A stretch of DNA of 63,482 bases, counting the filler, from Folioceros fuciformis (lineage: Eukaryota), in NCBI GenBank assembly GCA_049999805.1. It is 6 parts of 6 records of this genome, joined end to end, with 100 filler letters (N's around TTAATTAATTAA, not from the genome) between each part and the next. Parts side by side here need not be neighbours in the genome. Positions count along the whole stretch, not along the records: positions 20,144 to 34,936 come from JBNGIO010005209.1; positions 35,037 to 39,613 come from JBNGIO010005212.1; 4 more parts are not named here. The stretch is one strand, 5' to 3'. The position numbers were made by a program, and so were the translations under genes. Positions 25,600 through 35,569 of this stretch are shown piece after piece (positions within the stretch are counted from its first letter, which is position 1; each line of letters opens with the position of its first letter). Under the pieces are notes generated by a model that worked only from the letters and a program-made list of their open reading frames with translations, searched no databases and was not told where the DNA came from.

Positions 25600-27365
25600 C
25601 AGATCTTAACTAAATATTATTATGAGATGCAATGAATTTTGGCCTATCCTATTACCGCGCTCGCCTCTTATCCGGCCTTCGCGTACTCCTTCCTCAGCCT
25701 CCAAATCCCCGGGCTCTCCTCCCTCTTCATTGGTCAGGTAGGTCCTTCCATAGAACCTCCACCTCACTTTCACTGCTGCCTGACTTCTCCTATTGAGGCG
25801 TGGGTGGGGTCTGCCGGGGGGTCCTTCCCCCACCAACGGTCGTCTGTTGCTGAGGACCATTACAGGTTCTTGCTCCACCCAGGCTTGCGCTTCCTCTTCT
25901 ATGAGTTCCTCCAAGACTGCCTCCGAGTAATAGGGAGGCAGCTCCCACACCCGCAAGCAATGGGAGAAGCATCCCCTGGGGGTCCTCAGTTGTAGGCAAT
26001 AATCCGTTGTCCCTCCTATTTCCACACGCACATGGACAGTAAGATTAAGTACACGGTCCCCATTCACATAGAGGCCAAGAATATAAGATTCCTTATCCAG
26101 ACGCTGTAGTACAATCTGGCCTCCTACTACAGATGAGGTGCTTACCCCCTCCTCCCGTGGGCTACCCTGAACTGTCGTCTTCTACTTTCTAAGGGTACTG
26201 GGGGGTCCTCTGCTCCTCTGGCTGCCGCTGTCCCCAGCCCTGTCGTCCTAGTGCGGGTTGTCATTCCAATTACCTCGGTTGCGGGTTCCGCGACTGTTAC
26301 TACTTCCTCAACCTTGGTGGGGCTTTCCTCTACCCGTGTGGTCTTCCTTTGACCGGTAGCGGCTTCTGCTACCTCAGTCGCGGACCTACTACTCTGTTTG
26401 ACCTTCCCTTTCCCTTTGACTCGGCTCCGGGCCTCATCCTGTTCTCATTTGTAACGGTCCATGAGCTTCTAGACCTTCTCCACTATAGCCGCCTCCTGCT
26501 CCTACGCTCTCAACAACTCCTGTTGCATTTCCTGGTTGGCTTCATGGACCTCTTTAACTTGAGTCAGGAGTAGTTCCTGCTGATCTTTCATTGCTTGCAC
26601 TTCTTCCCGGGCCCAGCGTACTTTCTCCTGCACTTGCGCCTTTGCTGCACTTAGGGCCTGTTGGGCTTCCTCCAGTTGCTCCCGCCTTGCTTTCGCTTCA
26701 AACAGCTTGGTCTACTCCTCGTCTTCTCTTTGTCCCTGCATGCTCAGCCAAGTGAGCGCTCGTGCAGCCTGATCCAGTGTATTTGCCTAAGCTCGGACTG
26801 TGGCCGTTGTTAGGCCTGGCAAATCTACCTGTTGGGGTGCACCTCCAGTAGCCATCCCTTTGTCTAGGATTCCCCTCCCCAACAGGGTGCGCACCCTTGC
26901 CAATTCCTCCGCTTGTAAGTTCGCCACCAAAGGGGTGTCCTTTAAGATCTCTTCCCACCCTGGAAAGAGTTCTTCCCCCAGAGTCAGACCCTAATTTCCC
27001 TGCCACCTCATCTGGTTTTGCCTCCTCAACTAGCGTTGATTCCTCGGGTTCGGTTGAGGAGGTGGCCCACTACCTGGCCCCCGTTTTCTAGGCAGACTCT
27101 TGCAGCGCCAAATTCGCTGCTGACCTGGTGACGCGCGCGCTCACTTTCCTCCTCTTCATGGGAGTCTTCCTCCCAGCTCCTAGAAGCCTTCCGTTTCCTA
27201 TTGACCAACGCCTCCTCTGCCGAGCTTCCGGTGTGGTGCTGCGTTTCCGCAAGGACTCGATCATGAGTCCGCCAGCTTCTTCCTGGCTCCGCCCATACAC
27301 TGCCCTGACCAGGTCCACATCCCTGTCCTGGGGCCTTCCCCTAATCCTAAACCTTATTCACCATG
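25600..27365 (-). pseudogene. Degenerate coiled-coil ORF, probably a transposon accessory ORF
   Basis: Broken reading frames with E/Q/A/K-rich heptads (EAKARREQLEEAQQALSAAKAQVQEKVRWAREEVQAMK). No recognised domain. Confidence 0.35.
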
Positions 27366-28087
27366 CAACCTGACCGTAAACATATAGACAACAATAACAG
27401 GCCTTGGAACGTGCGGTTGGCATGCGCAAATGTGTTGCGTGGAACGCCGCAATAATAAAAGGACAAAGAAAGTGCGGGGAACATTGTGATTGACAGCAGA
27501 AAGAAAGATAAAGTTTAAAAGGTGACAACGTTGAAGGTAATAACTTGGTGAAGGAAAACAAGTGAAGCCAACTGAAAGGTTCTTCTTTGCCTGGCTCGTC
27601 TACCAGATGGAATAACAACTTCACAAGTTCAGATCGCTTGGTTGCAGGCTGAGCGCGCGAAGATGCTGGAAGGACGCACACGAATGAGATGACGAGCTCT
27701 AAAGATTGCAAGATGGTTGCATCTGATTCTTCGATTTGTTGTGCAGGCTAAGAAGCAGATTGCTAACGAGCAGGCTACGAAGCAGATTGCTAACGAGCAG
27801 GCTTGGAGGAAAAAGAAGTGACCTAGACAGTTCTGCAGGAATTCAGTCAGGGAATGGGGGTGGGGGGTGTCCACTGTGTTGCGCGAACACATCCGCAGTC
27901 ACTACATGGCCAAGTTCAAGACCCTTCCGGAGGAGGACGCCTAGTGTTGGAGGTAGGAAGGCGAGTCCACACGGGCCCAGCTTGCCATGACCAAGAAGCG
28001 GCGGTTCGCAACAAGGGCAACAAAGAGTTCTAATGCTCTTCATCACAGACTGTAACAGCCGAAACACGCTTGGGGACACCGCATCCA

Positions 28088-30475
28088 TCAATGCCTATCT
28101 CCACATGAACAAAGGCCATCCACAAAGTGATGCACCCGATGTAAATCTCTGACGATGATCTCCCGCTTTTCCAGGCTCGATAAGATCTTGGTGCTGCTGT
28201 GGCAATCGTCGCACATGCGGAGGTTTTTGGTGACCACCAAAGTTGAGCCATCCGGGGTGTTCAACATACCATACGCCAATGCGAGTTTCTCAGCATGTCT
28301 ACATAATGCATCTTCCTTTTCAGTGTCACTCATTGGCTTGAACACCACGTCCGTGTGTGGAACGTGGCCCCCCTTCTCTTTCAGCCGCAAATTCATACTT
28401 TTTAGCTTGGAGGACAGGTCACCCCTCTCGTCCCCCACAACAAACTCCTGCACCTTTTTGTCCACCTCAATCCACGCAACAGCAGCCTTCCTCCGGACAG
28501 AGGCAGATTTTCTCAAAGTCTCTATTCTTTGCACATCGTCCCACATGCCAAGCTTAGCGTAAGTACCTGCCATAAGCACATAAGGGGTTGCATTTTCAGG
28601 ATCCAGTTTGACTAGTTTGTCAAAACACCGACTTGCTCGCTCCACATCACCATGGGTTTGGCATGCAGTCAAAAGAGCTATCCAGGCCACTAAATCTTCC
28701 TGCGACATGGATTGCACTAAACTTTCAGCATCGTCAAGGCACCCTGACCGCCCCAGCAGATCAACCATGGAAGTGTTATGACCCACATTGGGCACAATTC
28801 CATACTTTTCTTGCATCATTTTGAAGTACCCAGTGCCCTCGTTCACCAAGCCCTGGTGACTGCATGCCACCAGCAGACAGATGAAAGTCGCACCATCGGG
28901 CCCTACACCTGCTTGACGCATTTCCTCAAAACACTTCATTGCTCTGTGACCATCGCCGTGCATAGCAAAGCCGTTCAGCAATGTATTCCATGTCACCACA
29001 TCTTTTGTGGGCATTGCATCAAAAGCCCTGCGAGCATCATCCAAGCTCCCACATTTCACGTACATGTCCACCAGGCTGTTCCCGACGAATAAATCTGGTT
29101 TCAAGCCCTTTTTGCTCATTTGCGAGTGCAGCTCCTTTCCCAGATTGACAGCTCCAACACTTGCACATGCTTTCAGGAGTGCGGCTAACACGAAGTTATC
29201 AGCTGGAATGAGGTTGTCCTGTTCCATACTTGAGTAAAGAGCAAGGGCCTCTTGGCCAAGTCCATGTTGGACGTACCCTGTGATCATGGCAGTCCATGTG
29301 ACCACATCTTTGGCAGGCAGATTATCAAAGATTCTTCTAGCATCTTTTAAACTGCCAAGTTTTGCATACATAGCAACCAGGCAGCTGCCAACCATCGTGT
29401 CAGCGTCCAGGCGCTTTTCCTGAATCAGGGCATGAACTTGCTGCCCACGATCAAGAGCTCCAACGCTGGCACATGCTTTCAACAGACTCACGAAAGTGGA
29501 TCGATGGGCTGGACTGATGCCCTCTTGCTGCATGCGGGCAAAGAGACTGAGGGCTTCAGCACCCAACCCATGCTGAGCATATCCTCCAACCATAGCAGAC
29601 CAGGACACCTCATTTTTTCTGGACAATCCGTCGAACACTCCTCGTGCCTCCTTCAGATTCCCACATTTCGAGTACATGCTCACCAAACTATTACCTACAT
29701 ATACATCATTAGCATCACATGTGCTCCCCTTAAAGTCAGTATGCACATCCTTGCCACTAGCCAAATCTGCAGCAGACGCGCAAGCTTTGAGAACTGCCAC
29801 ATACACATGGCTGTTTGGCTTCACAGCCGTTTCCCGCATCTGGTGATAGAGACCGATAGCCTGTTTGGGCTTTCCATGTCTAGCATAAGCTGAGATAATC
29901 GCAACCCACATATGAGTGTTCGGCTCACGCACTTTGTCGAATACCTGCCTCGCTTCTTCCAACTGCCCGAGACCAGCATACATAGCAACAATGTGGGTGG
30001 CTAAGAATGCATTCGACTCGTACCCACTCTTCAAAGCAAGATCATGAACGCGCCTACCACTACCCAAATCCTTCCGTTCCATGCACATCTTCAGTATACC
30101 GTAAAACAGACCAGTGTCAACAGGATGCCCTTGCTGCACCAGGACCTCCAGCACGTCCACAGACTTGGCGAGCTGCCCGTTATTGCACAGGTTGGTGCAA
30201 GTTGCCACCATCTGGTCTGCCATCTTCAACTTGGACAGCCTGTCCACGACATGTAGACCTGCTTCCATCTTGCCCATGCCGGACTTCCCTGGCTGCACGG
30301 ATGCCACATAAGGATGGACTTGCTGCCTCTCAATTGGCACCGCAATCTGGCTCTTCTCCGAAACTTGAGGTGCCGCCAAAGCAGACCATGTCCTGGAGAA
30401 CGCCCTGTGGGTCCCCCTCCGAGAACAAACGAGAAATCGCAGCACCATCGCCACCCCTCGTGGGCCAGCTCCCAC
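28088..30475 (-). CDS. PLS-class PPR protein with E1/E2 and a DYW:KP-like (DRH-type) deaminase domain; candidate organellar RNA editing factor
   Basis: Intronless 795 aa ORF with L-S-P triplets and P2-L2-S2, KAAVAWIEV, HAEKLA, KNLRMCDDCH and C-terminal CSCGDRH, plus an organelle-targeting-like N-terminus. Confidence 0.95.
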   Translation of the reverse strand: MGAGPRGVAMVLRFLVCSRRGTHRAFSRTWSALAAPQVSEKSQIAVPIERQQVHPYVASVQPGKSGMGKMEAGLHVVDRLSKLKMADQMVATCTNLCNNGQLAKSVDVLEVLVQQGHPVDTGLFYGILKMCMERKDLGSGRRVHDLALKSGYESNAFLATHIVAMYAGLGQLEEARQVFDKVREPNTHMWVAIISAYARHGKPKQAIGLYHQMRETAVKPNSHVYVAVLKACASAADLASGKDVHTDFKGSTCDANDVYVGNSLVSMYSKCGNLKEARGVFDGLSRKNEVSWSAMVGGYAQHGLGAEALSLFARMQQEGISPAHRSTFVSLLKACASVGALDRGQQVHALIQEKRLDADTMVGSCLVAMYAKLGSLKDARRIFDNLPAKDVVTWTAMITGYVQHGLGQEALALYSSMEQDNLIPADNFVLAALLKACASVGAVNLGKELHSQMSKKGLKPDLFVGNSLVDMYVKCGSLDDARRAFDAMPTKDVVTWNTLLNGFAMHGDGHRAMKCFEEMRQAGVGPDGATFICLLVACSHQGLVNEGTGYFKMMQEKYGIVPNVGHNTSMVDLLGRSGCLDDAESLVQSMSQEDLVAWIALLTACQTHGDVERASRCFDKLVKLDPENATPYVLMAGTYAKLGMWDDVQRIETLRKSASVRRKAAVAWIEVDKKVQEFVVGDERGDLSSKLKSMNLRLKEKGGHVPHTDVVFKPMSDTEKEDALCRHAEKLALAYGMLNTPDGSTLVVTKNLRMCDDCHSSTKILSSLEKREIIVRDLHRVHHFVDGLCSCGDRH

Positions 30476-31949
30476 CTAATGCCTGCCTTCACATTCCCAA
30501 GTCCAAGTTCCATTGACCGGACGAGCGAAACATGCACGCCATTCCTGGGGACGAGGACTTAGGGTACACAATTGGAGAGGAGGAGAAGAAAACAGCACAA
30601 GTTTCCGCACTTCGTCACTCCACCGTAAGCGAGGAAGTGCTTTGTTCTAGTTCTGTGGTATTGTCAGGGCTGTGTCGAAGGGCCTGTAGCCCCTCTGGTC
30701 ATCGATCCCCTCTGCTGTGTTTTTGGCCTGGATGAAGAAGTCACCCAGGACCTCCAGGTAGCATTGGCTATGGACGATATGGTGGTTTTGCCTTTGCATA
30801 CATCCGCATGGCTATCTTGCATGGTGTGATTGTGTGGGAGGTCAAGAGAAAATGCTGTTCATCATCAACTTCTTGATGCTCCTTAGCCAGTGACCTCGCC
30901 TCCTTAGTAGTAGGCGGTGTTAGGTTGGGAGGCAGTGATACTCTCAGGTAGTCCAGCAACTGGTAGACTTTCGAGTTCCTGATTGATGCCATACAGAACC
31001 GCATGATGGGGCGCGCCCAAGCGCTGGACAGGTATGCATGCTCAATGTCTTCATCTTTTAGGCCAGCTTGCGGGTGTGACATGAAGGTTCCGTCTTTCCA
31101 TCCAGTTAGCCACGATTTCTTCTAGGCAACCTGAAAGTATTCTCCCCTGCATATATCACATGTGAATGAATTGCTAAGTGTACGTGACAGTTCCATGGTC
31201 GAGTCCCTCTCGCATTCCCAGGAGCCAAGAAGACCAGGGAGCTCTGAATTCGTGTTGGCACTCCAAGGGCTTAGGAGCCTTAGGCTCTAATCCGGGGTTC
31301 GGTCGACACTCCTAGCACAATTGTTCGGTCTGAGATCACTGTCTCTGGCAGAAAAGCTGCCCAGGGAGGTCGTCCATCCTAAGTTCAAGACTACAGAGCC
31401 CTGTTCCAAATTCACTAGTTCAGAGTGCTCCAATCTCTACTTTTCACTCTGTCGTTGGTGGGAGGAGCTCTGATTCAGCCGGTTGGCATTATGAGAGACG
31501 GAAATCTCTTTATGAGAGACGAAATCCTCTACCTCTACCCCCTCCAGCTTACACCAATGCCCCTCCTTTTGCCCATTCAACTCAGGATGTAGTCGCCTCT
31601 GCCAGCCTGAGCAGACGGTGCCACCTTCTGGCAACACACACAAGGTCCCAAATGAATGTGAGAAGAAGTAACGTCAATCTAAGTATCGCGTTTCGGACAT
31701 GATTCCGGCAGATCGGACTCAGCGAATCATGATAGCCCGTATGCGATTTGAGACGCGTCTCGACCGTGTTCCGGCGTCTCCTTGACGATCGGCGGTCTTA
31801 GCTCGATCGTGTCCAGCTTCTCGTCCTGATCGCCTCTGGCTTGTCGACAGGATCTCACGGTAACGTCTGCTGTGTAAGTGTGTGTTGGGAGATCTGAATT
31901 CTGCGTTCCCTGGCTGTTACTGACTGACTGTGGGACTGTGGCAGGCAAG

Positions 31950-34396
31950 ATGAATAGAGAGCTTGCCGCTCATCTCATTGCTCCTGGGAGCGGATACAAT
32001 GCGGAAACAGGGATCTACAGCAGCAAGCAGCAAATGACAGGATCCGAGGCGCCGGACTACGGAGATATTGGCTTCGTGGAGTTCCTCTTCTCGAAGCACA
32101 CGGATCGTGAACAGCGGCGCAGAGTGGCTGTGGTGGACGGCACCTCGCGGAATTGCCTGAACTACGAAGAGCTTTTCACGCGTGTGCGGGGTCTGGCGTC
32201 GGGGTTTGCCGGGATGGGAGTGGGTAAGGGGAGCCACATGCTGGTTCTTCTTCCGAACACAGTGGAGTACGCTGAGATCGTGCTAGCAACCCTGTTGCTT
32301 GGAGGTATTGTGACAACGTTTGATCCGCACAGCTTCACGGAAGAAGTGGAGGCACATCTGGCCAGCGCCAATCTGGAGATCTCGCTGCTCTGCACCACCG
32401 TGATGTACGCTTACAACATAATGCAACGCACCAAGCCGCAGAGCAAGACCGGGTACTTGGAGACGGTGAAGGTTGTGATTGTCGATGTTACTGAGTTGGA
32501 CGAGAGTACGTCCTGGGCCACCACGGTCGCGCCAGGCCCGACGGCGAGCGATTTCGAGTATCCCTTGTCCAAGAGGATTCTGTACCGGACTCTGATGGAT
32601 GTGTATGATTATGAACACCAGACAGAGCATGTGGAGGTGAAGCTGGCTGACCCTGCGCTGGTGCTTCTGTCCCTTGGAAGCGGAGCCACGGGCTTCAGCC
32701 ACGGAGCCGTTCTGACGCATCGGGATCTCATGGATTTTGTGGGGTTCTACTGTGGGAATGAGCTGAACGCATTTCAACGATCTGATGTCTTCGCCTGCGC
32801 TATTCCTCAGTTCCACTTGTACGGACTTGTGGTGGTGACGTTGGGAACGCTTGCGAGGGGATCTACGTTGGTTGTCCTGCCGTCCCGGAGTGGAACCAGC
32901 TGGCACACCGCGCCGACCAGGCGCCACTTCATAGAGACGCTGCTTCAAGGCCTGGAACAGTACCTGGTCTCCCATTTGCCTGTTACGACATCTATGTTGC
33001 GGCAGTTGCTGGACGAAGATCTGCCATTTGTGCGCCAGTTCAACCTGAAAAGATTGAGGAGGATTTACAGCAGTGGAAGTGCGATAATTCCCCGAGAGGA
33101 CATTCAACGTTTGACTAATCGCTTTCCTAATGTTCAGTTCCAGCAGGTGCGAATGACGTGGAAAAAATTGCCTGCCGTTATTGAAAGATCTCGTTACTTG
33201 TCATCTTGTGCTACTTTGCCATCGAGAATATGAGCAGGTACAGTTTTCTGTGATACAGGACTACGGTTTTGCTGAGACAACGGGCTTAGGAGCAGGATTT
33301 CCCGCCGCCATCTTCCCCAGGCCGGAATGGCTGGGATCTGTGGGCCTGTTGTCCCCTTGCACAGAGGCCAAGATTGTATGTGGTGAGGATGGACTGCGAA
33401 CAGTGGCAATGCCTCCATGCTTCGAAGGGGAGTTGTGGTTGCGTGGTCCCGGAGTGATGGAAGGTGCAGTTTTAAAAGCAAAACGCAGTGCTTTACTGAA
33501 GTGATCTCCGACGCTTCATTGGAACTCCCTTGTCCCAACAAATTTGTGTGCATGCAGGTTACCTGAAGGATCCTAAGGCAACCTCTGAAGTGCTAGACAA
33601 TGAGGGCTGGTTTCATACAACCGATACAGCGTACTTCAATGAGGATGGCTTCCTGTACATCGTGGGCCGCAATAAACTGGTCATTTACAACGATGGCGCG
33701 GAGGTAAGTTCTTCAGACATTGGTGTACACTAGAAAATTGCCTCGTTGTAGTCTCTCACGACAACATCTTGGGAATGCTTTGGCTGGTTAGTCCGACATG
33801 CATTATCAAGGCTTGCTAACTGCAGGTTGGAGTCATGGAAATCGAAGCGCGCATACGGGAAATTCCGAAGGTCCTGGATGCTTTGGTGATACCGTAAGTG
33901 GGCGCTGGTTGCGTCTGAACATAACCTGAGCAGTGTGAATGGCGGTGGCAGCTATGGGGAGAGCTCCTGACTTGATGAAATTGCCTGTCGACTCAGGGTT
34001 TCATCTGAACTCACTGGCCAGATAGCAATGGCCCTGGTAACCATGGAACCCGAGGCGAACATTCAAGCATTCTACATCACTCAGAGCCTCCCTCTCCACG
34101 GGGTAAGTAACACGTAAGCAGCGCATTACTTCGTGGTCAGGCCTTGATCTCCCTTTCATCTGATATCCGTCTCAGTGCCATTACAGATAGCCCTACCCAA
34201 ACTACCATTAAAGGTCGAGCTTCTTCCGAGACTGTTGAAATCGCACTCAGGGGAGACTCTACGAGGTGACGTCACCATTTTCGTACGTAACGCAGGACTT
34301 GATGGACCCGGAAAGTGGGAGATAGAGTCGAGATACGCCTTAAAGAGCACCCTGACGGACTACGAAGTCGCCAAATCGTCGTTAGATGATCCGTAG
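31950..34396 (+). CDS. Divergent 4-coumarate:CoA ligase-like / ANL adenylate-forming protein, 6 exons
   Basis: GYNAETGIYSS, IPQFHLYGL, YGFAET, GELWLRGPGVMEGYLKDPKAT and GWFHTTD...DGFLYIVGR, with GT-AG introns that keep the frame open. Confidence 0.88.
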
Positions 34397-34528
34397 ACAT
34401 TTTGTTTGGTTTCCTCATTGGTTGTGTGAAATGCTGCTCCCCGGTAAGGCCTCTATGAATTAGACAACGGGTCATGTTTTAACTCGAAACCCTAAGCTCT
34501 AAGATCCTGAAGGCAAAAACACAAAGCA

Positions 34529-34936
34529 TTTTTTTTTTGCGAAGAAAAAAAATCTGATTATGCGCCGCTTAGCTGCAGCAAGGATATAATGAATGCAATT
34601 GAATTAGGAGTTAGCATACATACTAATTCTAAGCTGCAAGGACAAGCACACCCGACCAATCTTGCGGGAGATAGCCTTTCCTTATGGGAGATAGCCTTTC
34701 CTTATGGGACTTGCCTGTCCGTGGTGGGAAGTAGCCTTTCCTTATCGGACTTGCCTGCCCCACGGACAGGAGTAGCCCCACTGGCCATTGTGCCGAAGGA
34801 AACCTGCTAATTTCCATTCCATCCTTCCCTTATGGGACTTGCCTGCCCCACGGACAGGAGTAGCCCCACTGGCCATTGTGCCGAAGGAAACCTGCTAATT
34901 TCCATTCCATCCTTCCCTTATGGGACTTGCCTGCCC
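34529..34936 (-). mobile_element. Poly(A)-tailed retroelement 3' end, with an 88 bp tandem duplication next to a gap
   Basis: T10-GCGAA...TCTGATTA resembles the LINE tail at 48884. The 88 bp unit repeats at 34747, 34835 and 34923. Confidence 0.5.
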
Positions 34937-35569
34937 NNNNNNNNNNNNNNNNNNNNNNNNNNNNNNNNNNNNNNNNNNNNTTAATTAATTAANNNNNNNN
35001 NNNNNNNNNNNNNNNNNNNNNNNNNNNNNNNNNNNNCCTGACTCGGGACACAACCCCACAAACACTTCCTTGTTCGTCCCCGCACAGGCCAAGACTGTAA
35101 AGCCCTTCTTCGACCGCAGATGTTGAGGCGACCTTCGTCGTGGATCGGGCAGAGTTGTGAACATCAGCTGTAACAGAGGACGTGAACATCAGCTGTAACA
35201 GAGGACGTGAACATCACCTACCTCCTTCCTAAACAATCCTACCTCCTTCTTTCCCTGCTCAACCCTGAAATAGCGTCCAATGTCCGACACCAGAGCAGAG
35301 CAGCGGATATATCACCGGAGATGACATCCTCAATACCTGTATCATCCCCGCAGCAGGCGATCACGGGCCAGCGCCATACTCTGCGTTTCGAAGAAGGAAC
35401 AAACTGCGCCCCGGCTACTGTCTATTTCAGCCAGCTTCAGATGTCAGGATAGAAACTGATTGACAAACGGAAAGCTCACTATACTGGACCATAATCGAGA
35501 TTCATCGCTCCAACACCTCCCACGCAATTTTCAGCCTGAACCATGACTGTAGCTTCCTGCGACAACCAT

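Noticed and set aside
27744..27805. 27 bp tandem repeat encoding KQIANEQA
   Set aside because: An isolated short duplication with no supportable gene model.
32283..33107. 274 aa minus-strand ORF
   Set aside because: Antisense to 4CL-like exon 1.
35157..35216. 25 bp tandem duplication (similar ones near 19031 and 45558)
   Set aside because: Ordinary slippage duplications.
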